64,000 nt of DNA from Nitrospinia bacterium (GCA_029261715.1 JAJDAT010000005.1:192487-256486); one strand, 5' to 3'; counted from the stretch's first letter, positions 40,404-51,586 are shown. Translations and numbers: made by a program. Notes: generated by a model not told the origin, from the letters alone.

Positions 40404-41111
40404 ATGCTGAGCGTTTTCAAGAAAATAAAAGAGGACGTAGAAGTCGCTCTTGAAAAAGATCCCGCTTCCAGAAACTTTTTAGAAGTTTTAGTTTGTTATC
40501 CCGGTGTCCATGCCCTGATTATTTATCGATTTAGTCATTGGTTTTGGAAATATGGTTTTAGGTTCTTAGCGAGAGCTGTTTCTTACTTTGCGAGATGGCT
40601 GACTGGAATCGAAATCCACCCGGCAGCGATAATCGGTAAGAGATTATTTATCGATCACGGGATGGGAGTCGTTATTGGCGAGACATCCGAAGTTGGCGAT
40701 AACGTTTTTATGTACCATGGCGTTACTCTAGGCGGCTTGAGCATGAAGAAGGGAAAACGTCATCCCACCATTCACAGTAACGTTATGTTGGGCGCTGGAG
40801 CGCAGGTTTTAGGTCCTATTGAAATAGGAAGCCATACCAAGATAGGTAGCGGCTCTGTTGTAGTTGAATCTGTTCCCGAATATTCGACAGTTATTGGAGT
40901 TCCGGGGCGAGTCGTTTTTTCTGGAGTTTCTTCAGAACTTGAATACGACGAAGGGTTGCAAACGTTTCCAGACCCTATGGCTCGGGCTATTGAGTGCATG
41001 TTGGATCGTATTCCCCAAATGGAAAAAGAAATTAGGATTTTAAAAGAGACGGTAGCAAATTACCAAGAACGCGAAAACAAACTTCCTAAAACGGGAACAG
41101 ACAGTCCTTAA
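40404..41111 (+). CDS. cysE: Serine O-acetyltransferase
   Basis: DPA, YPGVHA, GIEIHPAA, FIDHGMGVVIGET, KRHPT. Confidence 0.97.
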   Translation: MLSVFKKIKEDVEVALEKDPASRNFLEVLVCYPGVHALIIYRFSHWFWKYGFRFLARAVSYFARWLTGIEIHPAAIIGKRLFIDHGMGVVIGETSEVGDNVFMYHGVTLGGLSMKKGKRHPTIHSNVMLGAGAQVLGPIEIGSHTKIGSGSVVVESVPEYSTVIGVPGRVVFSGVSSELEYDEGLQTFPDPMARAIECMLDRIPQMEKEIRILKETVANYQERENKLPKTGTDSP

Positions 41112-41268
41112 AGCCGAAAGTTAAACGATAGCAAACCGGTAAAGTTACAATTATTAGAGACTTCCTTAAACTTCTTATTACGATTCAAGCTCTCCTTCTA
41201 TTTCCATTAAAACTAAAAATCTTCTCTTAATTCCAATTCATAATGCCAAGTAAATGGCAAAGTTATAA

Positions 41269-42447
41269 TTGAGTAAAAACTTCGTGCAAAATATATTTTT
41301 GGATCATAATTCGACGACGCCGTTAGATAAGCTAGCATACCAAGAAATGATCCCATTTTTAGAACAAAACTTTGGCAACCCATCTAGCATTCACGGGTTT
41401 GGCAGAGCGGCTCGAGTTAAAATTGACGAATCGCGAGAAATCATTGCGCAAGCGCTAGGGATTCATCCTAGAGAGTTTGTTTTTACTAGCGGAGGCACAG
41501 AGTCGGATAATTTTGCAATCTTAGGTGTGGCGTTAAGTCGGCAATCGACAGGTAAACATATAATTACGTGTCAAATTGAGCATCCGGCAATTTTAAATCC
41601 CTGCAAAGCTCTCGAAAGTCAGGGTTTTAGCGTTGATTATTTACCGGTGGATAGTCGCGGAATTTTAGATTTAGAGCGCTTAAAATCGGCTATAAAAGAC
41701 GATACTATTTTGATAAGCATTCAACATGCTAACAGCGAAATCGGAACTATTCACGATATCGAAAAAATTGGTCAGATAGCTAAAGAGAATGGAATCTTAT
41801 TTCATACTGACGCCGTTCAAACCTTTGGGAAATTGCCATTAAATTTGGAAAAGATGCCAGTGGACTTAGCTTCAGTTTCCTCTCATAAATTATACGGCCC
41901 TAAAGGGGTAGGAGGACTATTTATAAAAAGAGGAACTTCCCCCTTGTTTCCGATTTTAAATGGAGGAAACCAGGAATTTAAAAGAAGAGGGGGAACTGAA
42001 AATGTTGCAGGTATTGCAGGTTTTGGGAAAGCGGCAGAATTGGCTTGCTCAGAATTGGAAAACAATGCCAATCATATGAGTCAGTTGAAAAAAAGATTGA
42101 TTCAACATACTAGCGAAAAATTGGATGAACTTGAACTTTTCGGCGATTTGGAAAAACAATTGCCAAATACGGTTAATTTAGGTTTTAAAGGAGTGAGAGG
42201 GGAAGACTTGCTAATTGCTTTAGATATTGCAGGTTTTGCAGTTTCAACGGGTTCGGCTTGCAGTTCCGGTTCCCAATTGCCTTCTCATGTTTTATCGGCA
42301 ATTAAAGTTCCGCTAGAACTTGTCGATAGTTCAATAAGAATCAGTTTAGGAAGAGATAACACCACAGAAGAGATTGATAAATTTGGGGTTAAACTCGTAG
42401 AATTGGTTAATGAAATGCGTGCGAATAGCCGCAAAGGAGTTAATTAA
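41269..42447 (+). CDS. iscS: Cysteine desulfurase (IscS/NifS group)
   Basis: LDHNSTTP, FTSGGTE, HTDAVQ, SSHKLYGPKG, STGSACSS; the start may be GTG at 41284. Confidence 0.92.
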   Translation: MSKNFVQNIFLDHNSTTPLDKLAYQEMIPFLEQNFGNPSSIHGFGRAARVKIDESREIIAQALGIHPREFVFTSGGTESDNFAILGVALSRQSTGKHIITCQIEHPAILNPCKALESQGFSVDYLPVDSRGILDLERLKSAIKDDTILISIQHANSEIGTIHDIEKIGQIAKENGILFHTDAVQTFGKLPLNLEKMPVDLASVSSHKLYGPKGVGGLFIKRGTSPLFPILNGGNQEFKRRGGTENVAGIAGFGKAAELACSELENNANHMSQLKKRLIQHTSEKLDELELFGDLEKQLPNTVNLGFKGVRGEDLLIALDIAGFAVSTGSACSSGSQLPSHVLSAIKVPLELVDSSIRISLGRDNTTEEIDKFGVKLVELVNEMRANSRKGVN

Positions 42448-42589
42448 CCAAATATTGTTATTTTTAGTTGAGTAAAGCTTTAAAACCCGATAACTATCAA
42501 TGAGTTATGGTTTTAAGCGATTTTGGGGAAGAATTGATTTTAAATGCCCTCAAATGCGCTATTTAATAAAGTAATACTTTGAATTCTTG

Positions 42590-42619
42590 TTGACAACTAT
42601 GGGAATGATTCCTTATAAT
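42590..42619 (+). promoter_or_regulatory. Sigma70-type promoter
   Basis: TTGACA-N18-TATAAT. Confidence 0.65.
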
Positions 42620-42655
42620 TCTTTGATAATAAAGGAGTAATACTCATTTCCGATT

Positions 42656-43642
42656 ATGGAGAACACCATGCCTTCAACAAATTTATTATCCCGCCTTTTG
42701 CTAATATTTGTCCTTTCTATAAGTTTAGCCGTCTCCGGTTGTAGTTATATCCCTTGGATGGGTGATGAGGAAGAGGAAGAAACTTTAGGTTTTGATGACG
42801 AAATCCCATTCGAAGATCCTGACGAGGAACTGAGTAATGTTTCTGAAAATGATTTCTTTGGAGAAGAACCCGCTTCGAATGATGATGACGGATTTGACGA
42901 AGGTTTGAACGATGGGTTTGCGAGTATTGACCAACCAACCGATTCTGGTGAAATGAAGGTAGATCTTGAAAATTTACAAGATCAGCAAGAAAATCTAAAC
43001 GCTAAGGTTAGAGAGTTGCAAGAGATAATCAGCGCCTTGGAACCTAAAATTTCAGCTACTCAAGAGCAATTACAAGGTAATTTAGGAAATATCTCGCAAA
43101 AAGCCGACTTTCTAGAACCGGAAGTTAATGAATTAAAACTCCAAATGGCCCAACTCAAAGAAGAATTAGCTATGTTGAAGATGAAGGGTAATTCTGGCTC
43201 CCGGATGATGAAGTCTTCGCATAACAGCGGCCGTATGATGCATAAAAAAATGAGCGGCCGGGTTCCTCATAGTTTTAAAATGAAATACGATCAAGCGTTA
43301 TCCGCGTATAGAGGCGGTCAATTTGACGAGTCTATCCTGCTTTTCCAAAACTTAGCGGTTATGAATCCTCCGATGAGTTATCAGGATAATATCCATTACT
43401 GGATTGGTAGTAACTTCGTTAAGCTGGAAATGTTTGACGATGCTATTAAACACTTTGAAACAGTTTTGGATAAATTTCCACGTGGCAATAAAGTTCACGA
43501 TTCTCGGTTTATGCTAGGAGTTAGTTATCATAAAAAAGGCGAATCAAGCCGAGCAATAGATATTTTGCAATCTGCTTTACGTAGCAACCCCACTCCAGAA
43601 GTTAGGGCAAAAATCGAAAAGGAATTGAGCCAAATCCAATAA
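42656..43642 (+). CDS. Lipoprotein with acidic region, coiled coil and C-terminal TPR (CpoB/YbgF-like)
   Basis: Lipobox VSGC; YDQALSAY...YWIG...FPRGNKVHDSRFMLG. Confidence 0.75.
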   Translation: MENTMPSTNLLSRLLLIFVLSISLAVSGCSYIPWMGDEEEEETLGFDDEIPFEDPDEELSNVSENDFFGEEPASNDDDGFDEGLNDGFASIDQPTDSGEMKVDLENLQDQQENLNAKVRELQEIISALEPKISATQEQLQGNLGNISQKADFLEPEVNELKLQMAQLKEELAMLKMKGNSGSRMMKSSHNSGRMMHKKMSGRVPHSFKMKYDQALSAYRGGQFDESILLFQNLAVMNPPMSYQDNIHYWIGSNFVKLEMFDDAIKHFETVLDKFPRGNKVHDSRFMLGVSYHKKGESSRAIDILQSALRSNPTPEVRAKIEKELSQIQ

Positions 43643-43666
43643 ACGCGTACAATACCTTCCTTTTGA

Positions 43667-43700
43667 ATTAAGCGAGACGATATTCCTCGTCTCGCTTAAT
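43667..43700 (+). terminator. Perfect 14-bp hairpin after the CpoB-like gene
   Basis: ATTAAGCGAGACGA-TATTCC-TCGTCTCGCTTAAT. Confidence 0.65.
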
Positions 43701-43752
43701 ATTATAGGCCGTTGCCAGTTTGGTAACGGCAATTCAGACTTGCCAACCACCC

Positions 43753-44907
43753 ATGAAAATCGCAATTATCCACGATTGGTTGACCGGTATGCGTGGCGGG
43801 GAAAAATGTTTGGAAGTTTTTTGCCGTTTATTGCCAGAAGCCGATCTTTTTACCCTCATTCATGTTCCAGGTAGCGTTTCGCCCGTAATCGAAAAGATGC
43901 GGCCGAATACGTCTTTTTTGCAATATCTTCCATTTGCGAAGCAAAAGTACCGATATTACCTTCCCATAATGCCTCTGGCAGTTGAATTTCTAGATCTCAG
44001 AGAATACGATTTAATCCTTAGCAGCAGTCATTGCGTGGCAAAAGGCGTCCTGAAAAAGAGTACTGCCGCCCATTTATGTTACTGCTATACTCCTATGCGG
44101 TATATTTGGGACCAATACGACCAATATTTCGGGGGAGATAATTCGAATTCTTTAGCGTCAAAAGTTATGCCGCATTTGGTTCCGATATTGCGTCGCTGGG
44201 ATGTAAGGGCAAGCCGAAGGGTTGATAGGTTTTACGCGATATCGGAACATGTAAAAAAGCGAATTAATAAATATTACAATCGTGAAGCCAAAGTAATTTA
44301 TCCGCCAGTAGACACTAATTTTTATTCACCGACAGGAGAAAAACCAAAAGATTATTTTCTAATGGTATCCGCTTTTGCGCCTTATAAACGGCTAGATTTA
44401 GCTGTTGAAGCGTTTAATAAATTGGGGTATCCTTTGAAAATCATCGGCGAAGGTCAAGATAGCTTGAAGTTAAAGCGATTGGCTGGGCCCAATATCGAGT
44501 TCTTAGGTTGGTTGCCAGACCGTTCCATTCGATCACACTATGCCCGTTGTCGCGCCTTTATTTTTCCAGGCGAAGAGGATTTTGGAATAACGCCTCTCGA
44601 AGCTCAAGCTATGGGTAGACCTGTTATTGCCTACGGTAAGGGTGGCGCTTTGGAAACGGTAATTCCCGACAGTTCCACTTGGAAACCGGAATACAACATT
44701 CCCAAGGAAGCGACTGAAGGACCAACTGGGATCTTTTTTGCAGAACAAACGGTGACTGGATTGATTTCTGCGGTTAAACATTTCGAATCGGTTGAAGATT
44801 GTTTTAGACCTAAGGCTGCGCGCCAAAACGCATTAAATTTCGACACCGATATTTTTACTCAACAGATTCAAGCTGAAATTACTCTTCACAAGTTTCTGCA
44901 ATGTTGA
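43753..44907 (+). CDS. GT4 family glycosyltransferase (WbaZ/mannosyltransferase-like)
   Basis: MKIAIIHDWLTGMRGGEK, EEDFGITPLEAQAMG. Confidence 0.92.
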   Translation: MKIAIIHDWLTGMRGGEKCLEVFCRLLPEADLFTLIHVPGSVSPVIEKMRPNTSFLQYLPFAKQKYRYYLPIMPLAVEFLDLREYDLILSSSHCVAKGVLKKSTAAHLCYCYTPMRYIWDQYDQYFGGDNSNSLASKVMPHLVPILRRWDVRASRRVDRFYAISEHVKKRINKYYNREAKVIYPPVDTNFYSPTGEKPKDYFLMVSAFAPYKRLDLAVEAFNKLGYPLKIIGEGQDSLKLKRLAGPNIEFLGWLPDRSIRSHYARCRAFIFPGEEDFGITPLEAQAMGRPVIAYGKGGALETVIPDSSTWKPEYNIPKEATEGPTGIFFAEQTVTGLISAVKHFESVEDCFRPKAARQNALNFDTDIFTQQIQAEITLHKFLQC

Positions 44908-46304
44908 AAAAATACGGTCAATTTTTTGCTTCCATCCTTTTTATTTCCGATAGCTTAACTGTCTTTTTTTCCTGGGTAGGCGCTTACTCAATTCGTTTTC
45001 AATGGGGCCTTTTCTCGTCTCCTCAAGGAGTGCCGCCTTTTGACGTTTATTTGTTAACGAGCATTCCTATCTGGATCATTTTTTCTTTAAATATAAAATG
45101 GTTCAACCTTTACGAACCTCTTCGCGGAAAATCTGCCGCATTTGAATATTTCTCAATAATAAAAGTCGCTTCGGTTTCGGTTTTGATGTTGACGGCAGTT
45201 TCTTTCTTTTATCGCGGAGTTTCTTATTCGCGATTAACGGTAATCATATTTTGGGCAGTTGTTTCAGTTTTGATGATTATCACCCATGCGCTTTTAAGGC
45301 GTGGGCTCATGCAAATGAGAAAAAAAGGAATCAATTTGCGACAAGTGTTGATTGTAGGTTCTGGCGATTTGGGGGAATCCGTTGCCGATAAGATCGATTT
45401 GCATCCAGAGATCGGATTTAAGATAGTTGGGTTTTTGAGTCATATCCCAGAAGACGTTGGGAAAAAACTTGGGAAATATGAAGTTCTTGGGGACGTAAAA
45501 GAAGTTCCTAAGTTTTTAGAGGAAAAAAAGATAGATCAATTATTTATTGCCCTTCCTCTAAACGCTCCGGATTGTTTAGAAGATGTCTTAAAGGATTTAC
45601 GAGAAGAAAAGGTTGATATTCAGGTAGTGCCTGATTTGATGAAGTTTATGAACTTATCTTCGGGCATTGAAGATTTTGACGGATTGCCCATAGTGAACTT
45701 AACGGGTACTCCTCTTTATGGTTGGAACATAATTGTAAAACGTATTACGGATATTATGTGCGCTGGTATTGGTTTGGTTGTGCTGGGTCCATTCATGGCC
45801 CTCATTGCGTTGTTAATCCGCTTAGAGTCAAAAGGTAAAGTGATTTATAGCCAAGAAAGAGTAGGGTTGGACGGTCAAGTTTTTTCCATGATGAAATTTA
45901 GATCTATGTTAGAAGGCGCTGAACAACAATCTGGACCTGTTTGGGCTAGCGCAAATGATGATAGGAAAACGCGAATAGGAAATATCTTAAGAAAAACCAG
46001 TCTGGATGAGTTGCCTCAGCTATTTAATATTCTTAAGGGAGAAATGAGCTTAGTCGGACCAAGGCCTGAGCGCCCCCATTTTGTCGAAAACTTTAAGAAG
46101 TCGATTCCGTCTTATATGTTGCGTTTAAAGATGAAAGCTGGCCTAACAGGATGGGCTCAGGTGAATGGATGGAGAGGGAATACATCCCTTGAAAAAAGAA
46201 TTGAATACGATTTGTATTACATAAAACATTGGTCATTCTGGTTTGATATAAAAATTATGATAATGACTTTTTGGAAGGGACTCATAAATAAACATGCCTA
46301 CTGA
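44901..46304 (+). CDS. wcaJ: Undecaprenyl-phosphate glucose phosphotransferase (WcaJ-like)
   Basis: N-terminal TMs, VLIVGSG, KFRSM, SLDELPQLFN, GEMSLVGPRPE, GLTGWAQVNG. Confidence 0.9.
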   Translation: MLKKYGQFFASILFISDSLTVFFSWVGAYSIRFQWGLFSSPQGVPPFDVYLLTSIPIWIIFSLNIKWFNLYEPLRGKSAAFEYFSIIKVASVSVLMLTAVSFFYRGVSYSRLTVIIFWAVVSVLMIITHALLRRGLMQMRKKGINLRQVLIVGSGDLGESVADKIDLHPEIGFKIVGFLSHIPEDVGKKLGKYEVLGDVKEVPKFLEEKKIDQLFIALPLNAPDCLEDVLKDLREEKVDIQVVPDLMKFMNLSSGIEDFDGLPIVNLTGTPLYGWNIIVKRITDIMCAGIGLVVLGPFMALIALLIRLESKGKVIYSQERVGLDGQVFSMMKFRSMLEGAEQQSGPVWASANDDRKTRIGNILRKTSLDELPQLFNILKGEMSLVGPRPERPHFVENFKKSIPSYMLRLKMKAGLTGWAQVNGWRGNTSLEKRIEYDLYYIKHWSFWFDIKIMIMTFWKGLINKHAY

Positions 46305-47082
46305 ATTGAAGGCGGTTGTTATTATTCCAGCGCGATGGGGATCGACCCGGTTTCCAGGAAAACCATTAGAAAAGATTGGCGGGAAACCGATGATCCAATG
46401 GGTTGTTGAACGGGCTCAAAACGCTGAATCCATTTCAGAAGTTATTGTGGCTACGGACGATAAGAGAATTTTGAAAGCGGTTGAAAGTTTTGGCGGCAAA
46501 TCGGTTTTAACTTCTAGCGCTCATGTTTCGGGGACGGACAGAATTGCAGAGGCTGCAAAAGACTTAGATTGTGATATTGTTATAAATGTTCAAGGCGACG
46601 AGCCTCTCATTCCTTCGGCAAACATCGATTTGCTGGTAAAGCCTTTTTTGGAAGATGAGTCTATTAAAGTAACAACCTTAAAATCCAAAATTTTAGATGG
46701 TGATGAAATATTCGATCCCAATGTAGTTAAGGTTACGTCTTCTAACGCAGGGTTTGCGCTTTATTTTTCTAGGTCTCCCATTCCGTATTTAAGAGATAAA
46801 TGGACAAATGAAGAACAGGTTTTTTTGAGCGAGACTGAAAGTGATAAAGTTTTTTATAAGCACATAGGCGCTTATGGATTTAAGAAAAACTTTTTAATGG
46901 AATATACGGAAATGCCAGAGTCTCTTCTGGAAAAAACGGAAAAGTTGGAGCAACTAAGAATTTTAGAGAATGGAATACCCATCTATGTAGTTGAAACAAT
47001 TTTGGGGTCTATTGGAGTGGATTGTAAGGAAGATTTAGCAAAAGTCGAAGAGTTGTTGAACCAAGTTGAGCGGATAAATTAA
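46294..47082 (+). CDS. kdsB: 3-deoxy-manno-octulosonate cytidylyltransferase
   Basis: IPARWGSTRFPGKPL, SGTDR, NVQGDEP, YFSRSPIP, EKLEQLRILE. Confidence 0.97.
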   Translation: MPTELKAVVIIPARWGSTRFPGKPLEKIGGKPMIQWVVERAQNAESISEVIVATDDKRILKAVESFGGKSVLTSSAHVSGTDRIAEAAKDLDCDIVINVQGDEPLIPSANIDLLVKPFLEDESIKVTTLKSKILDGDEIFDPNVVKVTSSNAGFALYFSRSPIPYLRDKWTNEEQVFLSETESDKVFYKHIGAYGFKKNFLMEYTEMPESLLEKTEKLEQLRILENGIPIYVVETILGSIGVDCKEDLAKVEELLNQVERIN

Positions 47083-47143
47083 GAGGACTTCTAAAAATTA
47101 GAATTTGCCATTAAGTTTTTTTAAGTTCCATTAGGAGATTCCA

Positions 47144-48772
47144 TTGAAAAAGAAAAATAGCAAGAGCAAGGTTAAATTTATTTTCGTAACGGGCGGAGTT
47201 TTGTCTTCGCTGGGCAAAGGAATCGCAGCGGCTTCTATGGGAGCGTTGTTGGAAAGCTATGGCCTTAAAGTTACTTTGATGAAACTAGACCCTTACATCA
47301 ATGTTGATCCTGGAACAATGAATCCCCTCCAACATGGCGAAGTTTATGTAACTGATGATGGAGCGGAAACAGACCTTGATTTAGGACATTACGAGCGATT
47401 TACGCACGCGCAAATGCGCAAAACCAATAATGTCACTGCGGGCAAAATTTATCACGACGTCATACAAAAAGAAAGAAAAGGCGAATTCTTAGGAAAGACG
47501 GTCCAGGTCATTCCTCATATTACCGATGAGATTAAAAATAGAATCTTGTTGGTTGCGGAAGGCGTTGACTTTGTAATTTGCGAAGTTGGTGGAACTGTAG
47601 GCGATATTGAGAGTTTACCGTTTTTAGAAGCTATAAGACAATTTCGATTCGACATAAACCCAAAAAATGTTATTTACGTTCATTTAACTTTAGTTCCTTA
47701 TATTAAAACCGCTGGCGAATTAAAAACAAAACCTACTCAGCACAGCGTTCAAAAGTTAAGAGAAATTGGTATCCAGCCCGATATCTTACTTTGCAGAACA
47801 GAACAAAAACTTTCTAAAGACATTAAAAAGAAAATCGCTCTGTTTTGTAGCGTTGAACCTCAATCGGTTATAACGGCTCAAGACGTAGATTCTATTTATC
47901 AAGTTCCTTTAGCGCTTCATGACGAAGGACTCGATAAAATCATACTTCGTAAATTTGGGATTAAAGATAAAGCCCCGAATCTTTCAAAATGGCAAGATAT
48001 TAACGTCAAAATTCAAAAGCCAAAACACGAAGTGGAGATCGCCATTGTTGGAAAATATTTAGATCTTAAAGAGTCCTATAAGAGTTTAGTGGAAGCCCTT
48101 TACCATGGCGGAATTGGAAACAATGCCAAAGTTAATTTGAATTGGGTGGACGCAGAGTTATTAGAAGGTAACGAAAACGGTTCCGACTTGTTTAAAAACA
48201 GTAGCGGCGTTTTAGTTCCTGGAGGTTTTGGCGATAGGGGAATTGAAGGAAAAATTAGAGCGGTTACTTATGCGAGGGTTAATAAAGTTCCCTTCTTTGG
48301 CATTTGTTTAGGAATGCATTGCGCCGTTATTGAATACGCTCGTAGCGTTGTCAATTTGAAGAACGCTCATAGCTCGGAGATTACTTCAAACGCTCCATAC
48401 CTCATTATTGATTTACTTCCCGACCAGGATGTAAAAGGCAATAAAGGCGGCACCATGAGGCTGGGCGAGTACCCTTGTCAGCTTAGAAAAAACTCATTTG
48501 CTTACGAGGCTTATGGTACGACAGAAGTGTATGAAAGACATCGCCATCGATATGAGTTTAATAATAAGTATCGATTGCGTTTAGAAGATGCCGGTCTTAA
48601 GATTAGCGGCATTTCCCCAAATGGAAACTTGGTAGAAATCGTAGAGATTGAAGACCATCCCTGGTTTTTAGCGGGACAATTCCATCCAGAGTTTAAATCT
48701 TCCCCTATGGAACCCCATCCACTTTTTCAGAACTTTATATCCTCGTCTCTATCCTACAAAGAAAAAAACTAA
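47144..48772 (+). CDS. pyrG: CTP synthase
   Basis: [51 protein letters not shown]. Confidence 0.99.
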   Translation: MKKKNSKSKVKFIFVTGGVLSSLGKGIAAASMGALLESYGLKVTLMKLDPYINVDPGTMNPLQHGEVYVTDDGAETDLDLGHYERFTHAQMRKTNNVTAGKIYHDVIQKERKGEFLGKTVQVIPHITDEIKNRILLVAEGVDFVICEVGGTVGDIESLPFLEAIRQFRFDINPKNVIYVHLTLVPYIKTAGELKTKPTQHSVQKLREIGIQPDILLCRTEQKLSKDIKKKIALFCSVEPQSVITAQDVDSIYQVPLALHDEGLDKIILRKFGIKDKAPNLSKWQDINVKIQKPKHEVEIAIVGKYLDLKESYKSLVEALYHGGIGNNAKVNLNWVDAELLEGNENGSDLFKNSSGVLVPGGFGDRGIEGKIRAVTYARVNKVPFFGICLGMHCAVIEYARSVVNLKNAHSSEITSNAPYLIIDLLPDQDVKGNKGGTMRLGEYPCQLRKNSFAYEAYGTTEVYERHRHRYEFNNKYRLRLEDAGLKISGISPNGNLVEIVEIEDHPWFLAGQFHPEFKSSPMEPHPLFQNFISSSLSYKEKN

Positions 48773-48977
48773 ACGATTCCAACATAAAATTGAACGGTAA
48801 AATCTAGCGGCCTTCACTGAAACCCGCTAAGCCAAAACCATCGCGTTACTTTCAATAAAGTATTTCTTAGATAACCTTAAATAGTATAACTATTGAAAGT
48901 TCTTGGAACCCACCGCAACGGCATGTTCATTAGATGGTATTTTGAAAATTAAAATATTTTTTTAAGGGATTAGATAA

Positions 48978-49259
48978 GAAGCGATAATACCTAAAACGAG
49001 GCGGCCATATTATGCAGATACTCTCACAGAACATTTTAGAAGAGCGGCTAGAAAGCTAGGTTTGAATGATATTTGCTTTCACACTATAAGACATACGTTT
49101 TGTTCAAGGTTGGCCATTGAGGGAGCTAATCCTTTAGATATAGCGTCAGTGGCTGGTCATGCTGATTTGAAGTCAACGCAAAGATATACACACCTAAACC
49201 AAACTAGGAAACGCGAAATTATTAGTAAATTGGATGCTGAGGGAGAGGGAGGTGGGTAA
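48978..49259 (+). pseudogene. Tyrosine integrase C-terminal remnant
   Basis: FHTIRHTFCSRL...AGHADLKSTQRYTH (HxxR, H, Y); frame closed upstream by TAA at 48975; N-terminal domains absent. Confidence 0.85.
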
Positions 49260-49430
49260 CAATTATTGAGACATTATCCTACAATCAAAAAAATCATTGT
49301 TACTCCTTGTTTTAGAAAAGGAACTTTTTAGATTGTTTTTCTTTTGATTTCTTATCGAGTAGCGGGAGGATGATTTAATTCAATTAGAGGCGATCAATAA
49401 ATTTTGAACAATAAGGGGCTTCTCAAGATT

Positions 49431-50861
49431 TTAATTCTTAGAAAAAGGTTTCCCTGGGAAATTTGGAGTGTTATTAAAAGCCGTATAAGCAGTTTCAAGA
49501 ACGTAAACAATTTCTCTCAACCTTTGGTAAAGGAAGAATTTCTCAATTGATCGAATAGAATAATGGGAAATAAAATAGACTAAAGCTGGACCGGCAAATA
49601 CATTAAAATAAACAAATACGGAGAGAAATTCATGAGAAAGGTTTAGATATGCGAATAATCCAATTATGCAAATTATAAAACCAATGTCAGATAATACTAA
49701 AAGGATTTTAGCGACATACCATGCGGTTGAGGCAAGACGAATGTGAGCTTCGTTACGAATAATGTTTCCAATTCTTTCAGATTGGTTAAACATTAAGCGC
49801 ATTTTTAGAATATTGATGTAGGTTTTACTCCTAAAACTTTTGTTTTCTTCCCAGTTCACAAAAATTAAAAGATAATCCAGACCCCTTTTTTTCAAATAAT
49901 CCCCAAGATATATATATGGGTATTCGACTTCATCCTCATCATCACTTCCAAAATTACTTCTTAATAGTTGCTTTATTTTTTCAATAATACCAAATTCAAT
50001 AAGCAGGTTCGTTTTTTCAGACCATTCTTTTGCATTGTTTTCATTTATCCATTCTTTAATAGTTGGATCGTTAATCATTCCCCTAAAGGTGGTCAAATCG
50101 TCAGAACTTTTTAATAGTTTGTTACGTATAGTTTCAATAAATTTTTTATTTAATTTTTCCTTATTTAAATCTATTTTTTCAGATATATTTTTTATGAAAA
50201 TACCTTCTGAAGAAAATTTTTCTATAAATATTTGGAAAAACCTTTTTTGATTGTGAATTTTTGAATCTTCTTTTAAGAAAATTTTGACTCCCTTTTCTAT
50301 TTCCTCTATCAAATTTTTATTGAAATCTCGTTCTTCAAAAAGTTCCCATATGGTTTTAAAGAACCTGAAGAGAGGAATATAATTTAATTTTTTGCTAATA
50401 GAACCGGGCATGGGTTCTCTAAAAAATTTATCCATAATAAATTTAAAACTTTCTATATCAACATCTTTTGGATCTCTTCTAAAAAAAGTTAGGCCTAGAA
50501 AATAAGCTAGGATGAAGAATAGAATCAGCAAACCAAACCAAATGATTCCTGGGGTACCCTTAACAGAATTAAGGAAATTAGTAAAATCGTCTAAGAAATA
50601 ATAAATTACCTTAGGACTTTTAATTTCTGATTGGTCGGAAAATGATTTTTCTGATTGTTCAAGATTCTTGACTTCCAACTGATTTGAAAAAGTTAAATGC
50701 AGAGAATGAGTCGGCGCAATTAGTGCGGTAAATGCGCCAACCAAAAATAAAACCCCTGGAAGAAGGCCACCTAAAAAATCAATAAGGAATCCTTCTGATC
50801 GAAATTTAGAATTTAGAGTGCGTTGAAGAGTCGGATTGAAATTTGTAGATTCAAATGGCAT
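49431..50861 (-). CDS. Hypothetical membrane protein (about 2+2 TM with a large soluble middle)
   Basis: 476-aa AT-rich ORF; DFLGGLLPG near the N-terminus, RNEAHIRLAS near the C-terminus. Confidence 0.7.
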   Translation of the reverse strand: MPFESTNFNPTLQRTLNSKFRSEGFLIDFLGGLLPGVLFLVGAFTALIAPTHSLHLTFSNQLEVKNLEQSEKSFSDQSEIKSPKVIYYFLDDFTNFLNSVKGTPGIIWFGLLILFFILAYFLGLTFFRRDPKDVDIESFKFIMDKFFREPMPGSISKKLNYIPLFRFFKTIWELFEERDFNKNLIEEIEKGVKIFLKEDSKIHNQKRFFQIFIEKFSSEGIFIKNISEKIDLNKEKLNKKFIETIRNKLLKSSDDLTTFRGMINDPTIKEWINENNAKEWSEKTNLLIEFGIIEKIKQLLRSNFGSDDEDEVEYPYIYLGDYLKKRGLDYLLIFVNWEENKSFRSKTYINILKMRLMFNQSERIGNIIRNEAHIRLASTAWYVAKILLVLSDIGFIICIIGLFAYLNLSHEFLSVFVYFNVFAGPALVYFISHYSIRSIEKFFLYQRLREIVYVLETAYTAFNNTPNFPGKPFSKN

Positions 50862-51233
50862 TTGATTATTTCATTTAAGGTTTTTTCAAGCTTCTGCGAA
50901 AGAACATATTTTCCGCAACTTAATTCTCATAAAAAAATAACATCAAAAGTTTCGTATACAAAATAGCTTAAAAGTATGGTATTTACAATAGGATTCCACA
51001 TTACCGATCCTATGAGGCCGCATGAAAAAGCTAGCCATTGTTTTAATTCATTTCCGCCACTATCGTTTGCCCATCCTGGCATAGCTTCAAGAAAAAGACG
51101 GAACGCCAAAGGGATTGGCAACAGGCAAATGTTTAGGATGTGGGGAAGAGTCCAGGCCTATTACAGAAAAAAAAATTGAGCTATATTATTTTTTAGATCA
51201 AACCTTACCCCTCCCTTAATAATTGGAGCAAAA

Positions 51234-51586
51234 ATGGGATTATATGACGACCTTAAGCAAGTATTAGAAGTTATACAAAAAAGCGACAATATCGACCTCA
51301 TAAAAAAAAAAAGGCACTTGATATCCAAAAACAAGCAATGGATTTAATGGAAGAAAATAGGAGGCTAAAAGAAGAAATTAATTCCATTAAAGAAAATTAT
51401 AAATTAGGGAAAAAACTAGTTATTGAGAAAAGTGCTTATTGGGAAATAAACGGAAATGAAAAAAATGGGCCGTTTTGCTCTGGTTGCTGGGATAACAATA
51501 ATAAGCTTATTCGCATTCAAAAAAAACCTACAGCTGTTCGTATTAACATATGTCCAGTTTGCGGAGCCACCACAAAATCTGAATAA
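51234..51586 (+). pseudogene. Phage-like coiled-coil/zinc-ribbon protein split by an A11 tract
   Basis: GGAG RBS; MGLYDDLKQVLEVIQKSDNIDLIKK then shift at A11 (51302-51312) to ALDIQKQAMDLMEEN...GPFCSGCWD...CPVC. Confidence 0.7.

Noticed and set aside
41110-41160. GCAAACC motif suggesting a c-di-GMP-I riboswitch
   Set aside because: Lacks the GAAA-capped P2 stem and the downstream GCAAAG element
48860-48892. Possible dif-like site after pyrG
   Set aside because: Poor match to the XerD arm consensus TTATGTTAAAT
49359-49370. GTAGCGGG as an att duplication of the tRNA 3' end
   Set aside because: Only an 8-bp match; not distinguishable from chance
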